Part shown: positions 1 through 10,868 of the stretch, in pieces | How positions within the stretch are numbered: position 1 is the stretch's first letter | Layout of the letters: each line of letters begins with the position of its first letter | Source of the DNA: an uncultured Verrucomicrobiae bacterium | Lineage (GTDB): Bacteria; Verrucomicrobiota; Verrucomicrobiia; Chthoniobacterales; JAFAMB01 | Assembly: GCA_963782115.1 (NCBI GenBank) | Contig: CAWAIK010000004.1 | Span: 32,001-96,000 of the forward strand | Direction of reading: 5' to 3' | Length of the DNA: 64,000 bases | Notes under the pieces: model-generated | What the model was told of the DNA's origin: nothing | The model's database searches: none | The model's input: the letters and a program-made list of their open reading frames with translations, nothing else | Translations under genes and position numbers: made by a program

Positions 1-151
1 AGCCGGGCAAGCGCAGACTAGAACGTATCCCGGTCAACGAAGCAGCACCGGATCATGCGTCCCATCCCAATTTGATCTCTCAACCGGATCAAGCCCTGAG
101 GTGCGGCTTTCCGTTCGCAGGTCTTGGAAAGTGGCCAACAACTGGCCGCTG

Positions 152-565
152 TCAGCCAACCGAGAAGATCCGAAGTGACGTGGCATCAATGCTCACACGA
201 CCGCGGTACGCCGACAGATTCGTAATCACGGGCCGGCGCTTCTGCCAGACGGAACCGATCCAGACGTAGGGCAGCAGACCAACACCGATCTTCACCGTTC
301 TCTTCTCGACTTGAGAGGAACGCGCTCGTGCGCTGAGCGGGTTCTTCTCGCCTTTGGGGAGCTGCGCCAAACAAACATCGATCTGGGGCTCGCTGGGAAC
401 GCTCGTATTGTAGCCAACGCCGCCGATCCATTCGATACGCCAGAGCAGATCGTCATCCGGGAACGCATCAATTGCGTAAACAGCTTGGCCCACTGGCAGA
501 TCATAACCGAGTCCGAGAGCATCAAGGAGCCCCGAGGCAGATCTCGCTCTCAAAGCTATTCGCAA
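152..565 (-). pseudogene. Truncated hypothetical protein, possibly the N-terminus of a TnsE-like protein of Tn7-like elements
   Basis: 137-aa ORF with WRIEWIGG..SEPQIDV..KIGVGLLPYVWIGSVWQ; stops early; family recognised from memory only. Confidence 0.3.
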
Positions 566-714
566 ATAGCATTGCTACATTCGCATTTATTTCTGCACGA
601 TCAGCTCACATTCGCAGATATTTCTGGAACTGACATTTTCCATGGCGATCTCGCCGGGATCGAGAGGGGTGCGCAACCTGGAAATCAGTGACCGCTGTTT
701 TCGAGAGCGGCAGC

Positions 715-1564
715 TTACTTCGGCAAGTGCTTCAGCAGCGTCGTCATCCGCTCAACAAGAGACGAGAACTGATCTGGATCTTGCTTCGCAAAAGCTTCAA
801 AAATTTTCAGTGCCTCTTCAAATGTCTTTCGCGCCTCCTCTGGCCGGTTCTGGGCACGATTCAGGATACCCAGATTGTTGAGCGTCGCGGCGATGTAAGG
901 CAAATAAGTCTCCGGCTCTTTCTGAGCGAGCTCACGTTGAATTTTCAGCGCCTCCTCATAATCCTTTCGAGCCTCGGTTAGCTGGTTCTTGTCGCTATCA
1001 AAAATCCCAAGGTTATTGAGCGTGATCGCTATTTGAGGCAGATATGTCTCCGGCTCTTTTTGTGCCAACTCACGGTAGATCTTCAGCGCCTCGCCGGCTT
1101 CCTCCCGGGCCTCGTCCCACCGATTCTGTGCATTATCAAGAAGCCCTAGATTGTTAAGCGCCATCGGTACGGATGGTAAATAGGTTACCGGCTCTTTCTG
1201 CGCCAGCTCACGGTACATCTTGAGCGCCTCTGCATATTCCTTCCGAGCTTTCTTCACACGGTTCTTATTGCTATCAAGTATGCCAAGGTTGTTGAGTGTT
1301 GTCGCCATGTAAGGTAGATAGGTCTCTCGCTCCTTCTGCGCCAGCTTGCGGTAGATTTTCAGCGCCTCCTCCAGATAGTTCTGCGCGGCCTCAAGAATCC
1401 CCAAGTTGTTTAGCGTTAGCGCCACGTAACGCAGATAGATGTCCGGCTTTTTTGTGCGCTAGTTCATGGTAGATTTTTAGCGCTTCCTCAAATTCCTGCC
1501 GAGCTTTCTCTAGCTGATTTTGATCGCAATCCAGAATTCCCAGGTCGTTGAGCGTCGCCGCTAC
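715..1564 (-). pseudogene. TPR-repeat protein (about 42-45 aa repeats), 5'-truncated, frameshift near 1450
   Basis: Repeated A.TLNNLG.L....N....A...Y.EALKIYRELAQKEPETYLP; the same repeat continues upstream of ORF 715..1425 across a T-run. Confidence 0.85.
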
Positions 1565-1983
1565 TGCCATGAGGTGCGGGGTCGAGCATCAGCGAAAGGA
1601 CGAAACCTCCCGTCAGGCACAACCCAATTACACCTACTTCTTTCCCTTCGGGATTTTCAGCGTGAATCTTTCTGCTCAACGCCCTCAGCCAGGAGGTAAT
1701 CGGGCTGGTTTCGTGTGCGGCCAAGCATTTGAATTCGTGGCTCACACACACTGTGAAATGTGTTCGCAACCGTCGCGTTGTCGTTCGGTTCGCCGAAGAG
1801 AAGCGGCAAAAATACCGTGAATCCGGCATCAACGACACGCGTTGCCAAGTTGATGCATTGAGGCGTCATGCCTGGAAGCTCATGCATGATCAGCACTCCT
1901 GCCCCGTTTGCCTTGCTCCGGAAAACGGTGTGGATTATGTCGCCGTCCCGGAAGGTAAATTCTGAAAACCCAGGGGGCGCCAT
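1565..1983 (-). pseudogene. Dienelactone hydrolase family, frameshifted and 3'-truncated
   Basis: VLIMHELPGMTP and GVIGLCLTGGF nucleophile elbow in two frames; shift at the CA repeat near 1745. Confidence 0.8.
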
Positions 1984-1986
1984 AGG

Positions 1987-3015
1987 CTACGAGACTTTGT
2001 TCGGCCACCAAGAATTTTGGGAAGCGAGCCCGTCCGCAACCAAAATGCTTCGATCCACTCCATGGAGGACTTCCCGCATGAGCTTGATCACCGCTGGCGC
2101 CTTCGTACTATCAAAGTATCCGCCATGTATCTCCGCCGTAGGGACATTTGTCAGAAACTGGGTGCAGTCCGTATCCCAAACGTTGTCGGGCGTTGCTGGA
2201 TTTCCAGGAGCGGCTGTTCGATCTAGCCCGCTTCGCCCCAACCTTCGTTTCAAGAAATGCTTTAGACCGGCAGAAACGCCAAGAACCGGATCACGCCCAG
2301 AGTAAAAAGCAGTCACGCGGTACGACAGATTGGCAATGCCTTCTCCGTCACCATCCCCGACATGCTCCCCACTGTCAAAGACGTCATTGTCGACATCCGC
2401 TGCAATCATCAGCATCTGATTTACAAAACTCACCCCCAGTGGCGAGTTCTTGCGCGTCCAGAGGTGCCACAAGCCCACTTGCGCAAGGAAGTTGCCCATG
2501 CTGTGGGCGATGATTGAGGCCTTCGCCTTGCACGCCTTCGTCGGATCAATCGCCGCCATGGCCTGGTTGCGAGCGAGTATGTCGTAAAATTCGCTAAGAA
2601 TGTTGGCAAAATCGTCGGCGCAAATCCGCACGTCCTGGCGGTCCGGAAGGTAATCATACACCTCACCTTTCGACGGCCAGGATAGCAAAATACAAATCCC
2701 CAGTCCGTCTTGGCCGGTGAAGAGGTCGTTAAGGAGGCCCTTGTAAAAGTTGATCGAGCTGGTCCATGAGTTGTTGTACCCGTGGACAGCAAGCACGACG
2801 TGCTTTTCCTCCTCTTGCTGCTCCGGCGGGAGGTCGGGAAATTGGCTGCACGCTTCAACGAGATCGGATTGAAATCGGTCGAAGGCAATCCTCTGCCAAT
2901 TCGTAATATTGTCGATACCGTCGTTATCGCTGACCCAGTATGTTGGGCCATCGGAGTTTCTGTTTGTCCCGATGCCCCCGCTGTCGCGGAGGCTGATCAT
3001 CCAGTATTTTGGCAT
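1987..3015 (-). CDS. Alpha/beta hydrolase (DUF900-like)
   Basis: VHGYNNS, SWPS, AHSMGN, AADVD and C-terminal HGGYF motifs; 342 aa. Confidence 0.85.
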   Translation of the reverse strand: MPKYWMISLRDSGGIGTNRNSDGPTYWVSDNDGIDNITNWQRIAFDRFQSDLVEACSQFPDLPPEQQEEEKHVVLAVHGYNNSWTSSINFYKGLLNDLFTGQDGLGICILLSWPSKGEVYDYLPDRQDVRICADDFANILSEFYDILARNQAMAAIDPTKACKAKASIIAHSMGNFLAQVGLWHLWTRKNSPLGVSFVNQMLMIAADVDNDVFDSGEHVGDGDGEGIANLSYRVTAFYSGRDPVLGVSAGLKHFLKRRLGRSGLDRTAAPGNPATPDNVWDTDCTQFLTNVPTAEIHGGYFDSTKAPAVIKLMREVLHGVDRSILVADGLASQNSWWPNKVS

Positions 3016-4334
3016 GGTCCTCAGTTGTGTCTAATGGGAGAGAAGAATTTGGGCAGCAGAATTTCCTCTGTATGCTAAAACAAATCCGACCATGCATAGC
3101 AAGTAGAAAGCTGGATAAAAATCGAATTTATCCAAAGCTGGCCTAGTGGTTGACGAGAGTTGTAAAACTAGCGTCCGGCGTTTGAATTTTTGCCCGATTC
3201 GAAGAACGCGCGGCGCAACAGAAACAGACTCCCGCTAACTATAAGAGAACGCCGAATTTTATCTTGCAGAGCCCACAACATTTTTACCTAGCAATTCCTT
3301 GGCCACTGGCATCGAGTCATTACGCTCGCTTGCGTCACGACATCCGTGAGCCTTTTTTGGCCTAAAACCAGCAGGATGTCCCCGTAGTCCGCAAGATCAC
3401 TCTCGTTACTTGGCCGATTGGGTTTGATGAGATATTCGAATCTTTCGAATGTAGCGTCCGGCCAGCAGGTCTCCTTCTTTTCGAGCTGTTTGAGAAAGCC
3501 TTCGTGTAACAGAATGGAAGTTCCAGCTTTTCGTAGACATCACTGCCGAGCAAGCCGACTTTCTAGTAGATCACAATGGTACAAAATTGGTTATACTCCA
3601 ATCGCGTTAGAATGGTCCACAATTGCGGAGCTTGTTTTGTCGGCAAGATCGCAAATACGCGGAGCTAACCGAAAACCGAACAGGTGAAACAAAGCAGAGA
3701 CATATCGGTGAAACTGAGCAACAGACCGCCGTTAGGTGACCCCATAACTGAAGCATTTCTGTCCGGATTATGGTGATCCCGTTTCTGTTTCGAGCCGCTT
3801 TCTGAGCGGTGGTTGGCAGGGAGTTGGGACGAACAGTGAAGCGTTCAGAAACACCTCGTCGGTCGGAGTTACGCACACAAATCGATTCTTCGAAATGGGT
3901 GACTTTCTGTCGGACAAAGCGATCAAAGGCCTCGTTCAGCTTAGCCAAGGGCTGCGACTATTTGCTCAAGCGGTGAAATCAGCTCACCTGTTTACCAAAG
4001 AATCACGCAAATTAATTTCCATAGTAACTGTCACGCTGCACGAAATTAGGAGACTGACGATCTCTGACTTTCGAGGTCTCTTTTACGGTCAGCAGATTGT
4101 GAATGGGAGGTTCGCTCACAGCTTAGGAGAAATTCAATTGTAAATCATTCTGGCCTTTATTCTCAATTATAAGAATCGGTCACTTATGTCAACACCTGGT
4201 GGTTTTCCACCACCGCCTGCTGTTTATCTGGGCCAACTTTAGGCGCGTTTAGAAAATTTGTTGTGATTCTGAAAGTGAATCTGAGGATCTTCTGTCGTTC
4301 GATAGGCGGCATTCCATGTCGACACCATAAATGG

Positions 4335-4683
4335 TCAATGGCCGAAGCCCCAGGGCAGTTTCAATCTCAAGGACGTGCTCCCGGCGAGTCTGATCTCGTT
4401 CGGCATAATCGCCGAAGAGTGCCGCATCGAGTCCTAGTTGCTCGGCAACAAAGGCGCATAGCGCAGCGGGTGGTTGCTCGCCTTGTTGAAGTATCCGCCC
4501 TGGGAAACGCAGATAGCAGAGCATGAGCGCGAAGCCAAGACGATTGGGATCGCCGCGGCGACGATTGATCAGAGCTAGATCCTCGGAGCTCAGCATGTAA
4601 TGGCGCACCATCCCGCGCTCATCGCTCGCTGGAGCTTGGAGACTGAGCCGCTGTGACTCGGTGAGCAGTTCTCGATGTGGCAT
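4335..4683 (-). pseudogene. Tn3-family transposase N-terminal (DUF4158) fragment
   Basis: RRRGDPNRLGFALMLCYLRFPGR, YAERDQTRREH; stops after about 115 aa. Confidence 0.85.
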
Positions 4684-4757
4684 ATTTGTTCCTGTTGAAG
4701 TGCGGTTTAAAATGACCAACACTTTGCCACGCGAAAATGCCCTTTTTCTGGGGTCTT

Positions 4758-5033
4758 TGGGACAAAGGGTTCAATTCGGACAGGCTGCAGCGCTTTATTG
4801 CCGGATATCAACCGCCGACCAAACACTGTGCCCGCCAGGAACGGGACCTACGCGCCTTCGCTAGGAAGGCTGGCTACAAAATCGTGGAGGTCTGGAAGGG
4901 AATCGCCTCCGGGCAAAGCAGGAGCGCCCCGAAACGCAAGAAGGTCCTGGCGTTGGCGCAGGCCCGCAAGGTCGACGTGATCCTCGTCACCGAACTGACC
5001 AGCTGGGGCCGTTCGGTCCTTAACGTGCTTTAA
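4758..5033 (+). pseudogene. Serine recombinase/resolvase fragment, frameshifted
   Basis: ALYCRISTADQ in one frame, then RQERDLRAFA...VILVTELTSWGRS in another; divergent from the Tn3 fragment. Confidence 0.8.
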
Positions 5034-5062
5034 ATTCCGTTTCGTGTCTTCTCCTCCGCTAG

Positions 5063-5200
5063 GGAGAGCAGGAGATTCCCGGGGGTCTGCGTTCATAAGG
5101 AAGCTCCAGTGTGGGGAGTATAAATGACAAACCAGGCAGACTTACCGTCACCGCCCGCATCAGCCGCAGCTTCCAGACCCCCCGGAATCTCCCGCTCTCC
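5063..5200. repeat. About 138-bp element with 27-bp terminal inverted repeats (MITE/REP-like)
   Basis: GGAGAGCAGGAGATTCCCGGGGGTCTG (5063-5089) vs CAGACCCCCCGGAATCTCCCGCTCTCC (5174-5200), 25/27 complementary. Confidence 0.7.
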
Positions 5201-5206
5201 TACACT

Positions 5207-5476
5207 ATCCATGCGGAAATGCCGGGCGTGGATAAATCCGGCCTGGAAATCACGGTCGACAACGGCGAATTGACTATTGTCAGACACAGACGTACCGAGG
5301 GAAATTCTGGTGAACCAGTCTATCGGGAGATCCGACGCAATGATTTCCGCCGTGTCTACGAGCTTGATCCGGCGATTGATACCACTAGAATCGCCGCTCG
5401 CATCGATCAGGGCGTACTGACTCTAACACTGCCGAAAGCTGAAAGCGTCAAACCGCGCAAGATCGTAGTGGATTGA
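5207..5476 (+). pseudogene. Hsp20/alpha-crystallin small heat-shock protein, N-terminus missing
   Basis: AEMPGVDKSGLEITVDNGELTI...FRRVYEL...GVLTLTLPKAE..KPRKI. Confidence 0.85.
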
Positions 5477-5649
5477 GAATCCCTGTCTGCAGGTTAGGTG
5501 CAATAGGGGAATTAGGCGCAGATGGGTTTGATCTGCGCTTGAGGTTCGGGCTGAGACCCGGACCGTTTAAAATCGGGCCGGAGCTCGCCTTTTAAGCCGA
5601 CGCACGGCCCTTGACTCATGGGCCCGGTCGCCGCATTTTGTTGGACGCC

Positions 5650-6520
5650 ATGAAAGCTATTCGGTTTCACGCTTGCGGCGGTCCTGAGGTCCTTCGTTTA
5701 GAGGAGATACCTGTCCCTGAGGCTCAACCGGGCGAAGTGCTAATTCGAGTTCAAGCTGCAGGCGTGAATTTTCTCGATGCCTATCAGCGCATGGGTCTTT
5801 ACAAAACTCCATTGCCATTCGTACCTGGAATGGAGGGAGCGCGCTTCATAGAGAAAAGCGAGCCAGAAGCCAGGCTGAAACCCGGGACTCGAGTGGCGTG
5901 GGCCGAACATCCCGGCGGCTACGCGCAGTTCGCAGCGATCCCTGCGTGGAAGGTGGTAGAACTACCAGAAGAAGTTGACGCCCGGACCGGCGCAGCCGCT
6001 CTTCTTCAAGGGATGACCGCAGAATACCTTTGCGAGACCACCTACCCGGCTCGTGCGGGCGATGTCGCCTTGGTCCATGCGGGTGCCGGAGGTGTTGGTC
6101 TTCTTCTCATCCAACTGCTGAAACAAAAAGGCGTCACTGTTTACGCAACGGTGTCTACCCCTGAAAAGGCAGCGCTGGTTGGGGAAGCGGGTGCAGACGA
6201 GGCGATTCTTTACACTGAGGTCGACTTTGTGGAAACGGTCAGAAGCTTCACCAAAGGAAACGGTGTTCACGTCGTTTACGATTCCGTTGGCAAAACGACC
6301 TATGAAGGCAGTCTGAATGTTCTCCGTCCGTTTGGGATGCTGGTGCTCTTCGGACAATCAAGCGGCCCGGTCCCCCCGATCGATCCGCTCCTTCTCCACC
6401 AAAAGGGTTCTCTCTTTCTTACTTGGCCAAGCCTTGCTCATCATGTCGCGGACGCCGCCAGCTTCAACAACCGCGCCACAAAAGTGTTAAACTGGGTTGC
6501 ACAGAAATCGTTGAAGCTTC
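5650..6520 (+). pseudogene. qor: NADPH:quinone oxidoreductase (zeta-crystallin family), C-terminus lost
   Basis: GGPEVL, GVNFLD, HAGAGGVG, VYDSVGK, FGQSSG; ends before the usual C-terminal helix and strand. Confidence 0.85.
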
Positions 6521-6686
6521 CGGCTATATCAACAAGGACATGCTGGCGAAATATGTGAAGGATGCAAAATCTCCCATCTATTACGTCGTCGGACCGCCGG
6601 GAATGGTCAAAGGTTTGCAAATGATGCTCAATGTCACCGGGATCGACGATGACGACATTCGGACAGATGAGTTCGGCGGGTATTAG
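6521..6686 (+). pseudogene. C-terminal fragment of an FNR-like FAD/NAD(P) oxidoreductase
   Basis: GYINKDMLAKY...IYYVVGPPGMV...DDIRTDEFGGY*. Confidence 0.7.
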
Positions 6687-7098
6687 CTACAGCGATGAAT
6701 TGGATCCTTTCGTTATACCAAATCGTCCATCGGCAAAAAATGGAGCGTCGCGCTGACAGGCATCATCCCCGTGGCTTTACGTGAATGACGAGTACACCCG
6801 CGCGGCTTGCCAAAGATGGCGTCTCCTGAGCATTTGTGGATCGCGAGATTGGATGGTCAGCGTTCGCCGGACTGACCTTGCCTGAGCTCATAGAGCGCGC
6901 CGTCTCCATGGACAATCTCAGACGCATCTATAGGCACGAGGGCGGGTATAACGAAGACGACGAATGTTTCAGCCGCATGGCTGACATCTGGCGCGAGCAC
7001 CCGCCAGTATGACGGTGTCGCACGAAAAATGCACACCTACCGAACTCGGCATCATCGGTTTCCCGGACGGATAACAAGCTCAGAAATCGTGGAGCTAG

Positions 7099-7479
7099 CT
7101 ATGGTCGACTTTTCTTACCGCTCAGTCGCTCTTCCAAGTATGACTTCAGCGCTATCGCGTTATTATGTTCCGTGTCGTGAGCGCTATAGAGAAGCGTAAT
7201 GTTACCCTGCCTGGCTGCGTCCAACAGCGGTTGGCAGGCTGCAGGATTGCCGGCCAATTCGGCCCGATACCGTCGTTGGAATTCCTTCCATTTTGCTGGT
7301 TCGTGGCTAAACCAGCGGCGCAGATCGTCGCTGGGCGCTGCATCCCTGCACCAGGCGTCCATAGGCAACGCCTCCTTTTTCATCCCGCGCGGCCACAGGC
7401 GTTCCACAAGGAATCGCGCGCCATCCTCTTTCGCGGCCAGCTCATACACGCGTTTAATCTGGATCATCGTCATATGCAT
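7099..7479 (-). CDS. DUF488 family protein (YeaO-like)
   Basis: IKRVYE..DGARFLVERLWPRG..APSDDLRRWFSH..LLYSAHDTEHNNA. Confidence 0.9.
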   Translation of the reverse strand: MHMTMIQIKRVYELAAKEDGARFLVERLWPRGMKKEALPMDAWCRDAAPSDDLRRWFSHEPAKWKEFQRRYRAELAGNPAACQPLLDAARQGNITLLYSAHDTEHNNAIALKSYLEERLSGKKSRP

Positions 7480-7494
7480 CTCCGAACGTTTCGC

Positions 7495-9309
7495 CTATCT
7501 GTTATTTCGACGAATGGTTGTTTGCGTCGCCAAACTACTCCGTCTTTCAACCCAATGCGGCTGCAGCGACGGCCCAAATATCCAAGGAGCTAAATATTTG
7601 GCAAAAAGGTCAAAATACTCATCATCTTCGTTCTTGCCTCCTTGCCCTTCGCCCACCTCCTTTTCGCTACGAACGAAACGGATTTCTTTGATCCACTTTA
7701 CCATTTTGTAGCCTAATTGATTCTCCACTCGGAGGCGCAAAGGCGCTCCGTAGATTTCAGGGAGGGGTTGCGAATTCATTTCATAGGCCAGAATGCATTC
7801 CGAGTAGAGCACCGTCGCCAGGCTTTGGGTGTCGTAATATATGCCGCCGTAAAGCCCTTCCCCGAAGGAATAGAACACGACGGTTTTTGATTCTGGAAGG
7901 GGTTTCACCAGCTCAACAAGTCTCTTGAACTCCAGTCCGCCCCACTGGGCGACGCCCGACCAGCCCTGGATGCAGTGGTGCAACGAGATGTTCTCCGACT
8001 TGCCAAGAGCACGCATATCCTCGAGTGACAACTCGACTGGTCTATTGACCCAACCTGTTACCTTTAACTTGTAGTCACGAAAGCCTTCGCTAGCCAGCCG
8101 CTGCCACTCGTCCGATTCGGGAGGCTTGCCATTCGGCCAGAAATACGGCGAAATATCTTTGGCCGTGTAGCGCTCGCGCGGTTCCAACCGATTGAAAAAC
8201 CCATGGAGCAGTGGCATGGAAAGCAGTCGGTGCAGGCGTTGAATTTCTCTTGGATATTTCCAGGCGATCAAGTGGGCTACCACCCAAGAAGCAATAACCG
8301 CACCGATCCCCACCAAACCGAGAATCATTCCAACGGGACTCTCGTTATCCCTGCCCAGAACAATATGGTTCATGTTGCGCACAAACCCCGTTAAAATCAC
8401 CAGCCCAACATGGATCACGAGGAAGACAACGTAACCGACCAGCAGGAGAAAATGAATGGATCGGGCCGACTGTCTTCCGCCGAAAAGCTTTGGGTACCAA
8501 GGGAATCGGTTGACAACCGCGGGAGACATCGCGATGCCGGTTAGCATTGAAAGAGGAGCCATGATGAAAACCACTGCAAAATAAGCGAGCTGCTGCAGTG
8601 GGTTGTAACTGTAAAACCCGTTGGGCTCAGGCGGCACGTGGAAGGTTACGTAGTGAACAAAGACGTTCCATGCGCCCGGAACAATATTCCACGAGGTAGG
8701 GACGAGTCGTTTCCATTGCGAGGTACAAAACAGGAGTAAAATAAAAATAAACCCGTTGAGGAGAAAGACGCAGATGCTCAAAAAATGCCAAGCGCGAGCC
8801 ATCCCGATCGTGTGGCGGTAGCCGGGCAGAGCGAGAAATGGCGAGATATAGCGAGCGTCGTCTTTCGCGGTCCAAACCCGATCTAGGGGCACCTCAAGCG
8901 GAGTGAACCTGATCCAATCGGTCTTAGGCATACAATTGCGGTTCCAGTAAAGACGCGGGTGATCCATTAAAATCGACAAACCGCTTCGGGCAAGGAGCAT
9001 CAAGAAAAAGAAGTTCACGAAATGGGTTAATCTGATCCACGCCGGAAACCCGTGCGGCTCGCCCGGCATAATCCGAGGCGGACTGAACGAAACGCTTGGA
9101 AGACCGAAAAACAGAAATTGAATCCAGGCAATAGTAATCGGGATCATTAAGACAAGGCCGACGACCAGAGCTTCCTTCGACCGTATGCGAATTCGGAAGC
9201 GCCGGTCTGGCGGAAAATGAACGGCGCGATGCGCCCCGCTGAATGCTCTCATGATCTTAGGGGATGGTTGATTGACAGGAAATAATGTTGGATATCCGAT
9301 CGTCCGCAT
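7495..9309 (-). CDS. Cytochrome b (Ni/Fe-hydrogenase type) fused to a molybdopterin oxidoreductase (MsrPQ/sulfite oxidase-like)
   Basis: TM segments with His ligands, then HHCIQGWS, YGAPLRLRVENQLGYKMVKWI; probable true end DLLPNI* near 7590 if the A5 run at 7603 is one base too long. Confidence 0.85.
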   Translation of the reverse strand: MRTIGYPTLFPVNQPSPKIMRAFSGAHRAVHFPPDRRFRIRIRSKEALVVGLVLMIPITIAWIQFLFFGLPSVSFSPPRIMPGEPHGFPAWIRLTHFVNFFFLMLLARSGLSILMDHPRLYWNRNCMPKTDWIRFTPLEVPLDRVWTAKDDARYISPFLALPGYRHTIGMARAWHFLSICVFLLNGFIFILLLFCTSQWKRLVPTSWNIVPGAWNVFVHYVTFHVPPEPNGFYSYNPLQQLAYFAVVFIMAPLSMLTGIAMSPAVVNRFPWYPKLFGGRQSARSIHFLLLVGYVVFLVIHVGLVILTGFVRNMNHIVLGRDNESPVGMILGLVGIGAVIASWVVAHLIAWKYPREIQRLHRLLSMPLLHGFFNRLEPRERYTAKDISPYFWPNGKPPESDEWQRLASEGFRDYKLKVTGWVNRPVELSLEDMRALGKSENISLHHCIQGWSGVAQWGGLEFKRLVELVKPLPESKTVVFYSFGEGLYGGIYYDTQSLATVLYSECILAYEMNSQPLPEIYGAPLRLRVENQLGYKMVKWIKEIRFVRSEKEVGEGQGGKNEDDEYFDLFAKYLAPWIFGPSLQPHWVERRSSLATQTTIRRNNR

Positions 9310-9432
9310 ATAGAAAGGCTGTCGTCCAACGCGATTCGATCGATCGTCAATGCCTGAGTCACTCGCGCGAATCCAAAAATCGATTAATTGTTATCCTCGA
9401 TCCTTTCCACCCGCGGGCCGTTGAATGGCAGA

Positions 9433-9840
9433 CTACTTGGCAACGGCTCTGGTAGCGGTGATTGCCGACTCATTTGAGATGCAAAGAATTTTTCGAAGCT
9501 TGTGGGCGATATGATCGGCTAAATCGCTCATTTCCCTGGCAACATCGCTGGGCAGTTGAGCACGACAATTTGCCTGCCAAAGAAAAAGCCAGCGCTCGAA
9601 ATGCTCTTCTTGCAAGCCGAGCGGCAGGTGTTTCATCGGCATCGCTCTCGCATAGGTCCGTGGTCCACCGATGAGTGTTTCCCAAAAGCTTGTGATGATT
9701 TCCAAGTGATGTTTCCAATCTTTGATCTTCACGTTAAATATCGGACCGATCAGGGGATCTTGACGTACATCAGCATAGAAATGGTGTAACAACTTGGAGA
9801 CCCCTTCAGATCGACCGATGCGTTGGTAAAGCAGATTCAT
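9433..9840 (-). CDS. Group III truncated hemoglobin
   Basis: FYADVRQDPLIGPIF..DWKHHL..ITSFW..PMKH..HFERWLFLW. Confidence 0.9.
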   Translation of the reverse strand: MNLLYQRIGRSEGVSKLLHHFYADVRQDPLIGPIFNVKIKDWKHHLEIITSFWETLIGGPRTYARAMPMKHLPLGLQEEHFERWLFLWQANCRAQLPSDVAREMSDLADHIAHKLRKILCISNESAITATRAVAK

Positions 9841-9957
9841 CGCAGAGGAAGGTGAGGAAGAGATAATTCTTTCTAGACTTTGTACGTCACGGGCTCGAAC
9901 ACTTTGGTGCGTTTTCAATCATTAGGCGCGGTGCCCTTGAGCGCGGCTATCAGCATT

Positions 9958-10284
9958 TCATCTACGATTCCTTCGAGCTGCAGCAAGCGGGGGAACACTC
10001 AACCCGTAGAGAACCGAATGATCGGCATTTCTTTGCGTTACGCAGCCGCAGTCCAATAAGGGTTCGAGATGGTTCCAAACATCGATTTGGGATAGACCGG
10101 TTGCGCCAGCGATCTGCGAAACCGTTTTTGCTCCCTCGCAGAGGGTGTCAAGGATACAAAGTTGCGAACGATTAGCCAAGTTGCTAAAGAGCTCTTCCTT
10201 ACAATCTAAACCACATCCGGGTGACTCGCTTCTTCGGTTCGCGATTCCGCTGCTGGCGGAATCCTGATCAAGTAAAACATTCAT
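9958..10284 (-). CDS. ArsR-family HTH protein, possibly degenerate
   Basis: LFSNLANRSQLCILDTL..KTVSQIAGATGLSQ..VWNHL..L..CGCV; start uncertain because it overlaps the operator. Confidence 0.6.
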   Translation of the reverse strand: MNVLLDQDSASSGIANRRSESPGCGLDCKEELFSNLANRSQLCILDTLCEGAKTVSQIAGATGLSQIDVWNHLEPLLDCGCVTQRNADHSVLYGLSVPPLAAARRNRR

Positions 10285-10338
10285 ATAAGATACATATATT
10301 CCGCAGTTGCTTTAAAGCAAGATATAATATACATGTTT
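10276..10338. promoter_or_regulatory. Pair of NsrR-type operator boxes
   Basis: ATTCAT-N5-ATACAT and CAAGAT-N5-ATACAT resemble the NsrR ATGYAT-N5-ATRCAT consensus; directly upstream of the Rrf2 gene. Confidence 0.65.
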
Positions 10339-10353
10339 ATACCGGTTTACTTT

Positions 10354-10812
10354 ATGCGCCTCACCTTCTCTACCGATTATGCCCTGCGTCTATTGATGCT
10401 GGTTGGACTCGAAACCGATCGCCTTGTGACCATCGAGGAGGTCGCGGATCGCTTCGCAATCTCAAAAAACCATTTGATGAAGGTGGCGTACCAGCTCGGG
10501 CAAGAGGGTTATCTGGAAACCGTTCGGGGCCGTAACGGAGGGTTGCGCTTGGGAAAGGCGCCAGACCGGATCGTCGTGGGCGAAGTGGTCCGCAAGATGG
10601 AACCGGACTTCGCGGTCGTCGAATGCGAAAATCCGGCGGGCTACTGCAAGATTGCGCCGTGCTGTACGCTGCGCTCTGCAATGAGAGAAGCTGTCCAGGC
10701 TTTTCTCGGGAAACTGGATCAATACACCCTCGAGGATCTCCTCCGACCGAAACTTAAACTGCGGCAATTGCTTGGTGTCAATCAGGAGAGGGCGTTTGCC
10801 CATGGTCGGTAA
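10354..10812 (+). CDS. nsrR: Rrf2-family Fe-S regulator, NsrR-like
   Basis: MRLTFSTDYALRLLM, ISKNHLMKV, VRGRNGGLRL, Cys cluster ECENPAGYCKIAPCC; divergent from the globin. Confidence 0.8.
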   Translation: MRLTFSTDYALRLLMLVGLETDRLVTIEEVADRFAISKNHLMKVAYQLGQEGYLETVRGRNGGLRLGKAPDRIVVGEVVRKMEPDFAVVECENPAGYCKIAPCCTLRSAMREAVQAFLGKLDQYTLEDLLRPKLKLRQLLGVNQERAFAHGR

Positions 10813-10868
10813 GAGTGCGATTCAAGGCAGACCACCATGCAGGAGAGAACGAATCCGTCCGGCTGACA

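Noticed and set aside
3050..4240. Genes in this lower-GC stretch
   Set aside because: Only short ORFs with no recognisable motif; probably decayed sequence.
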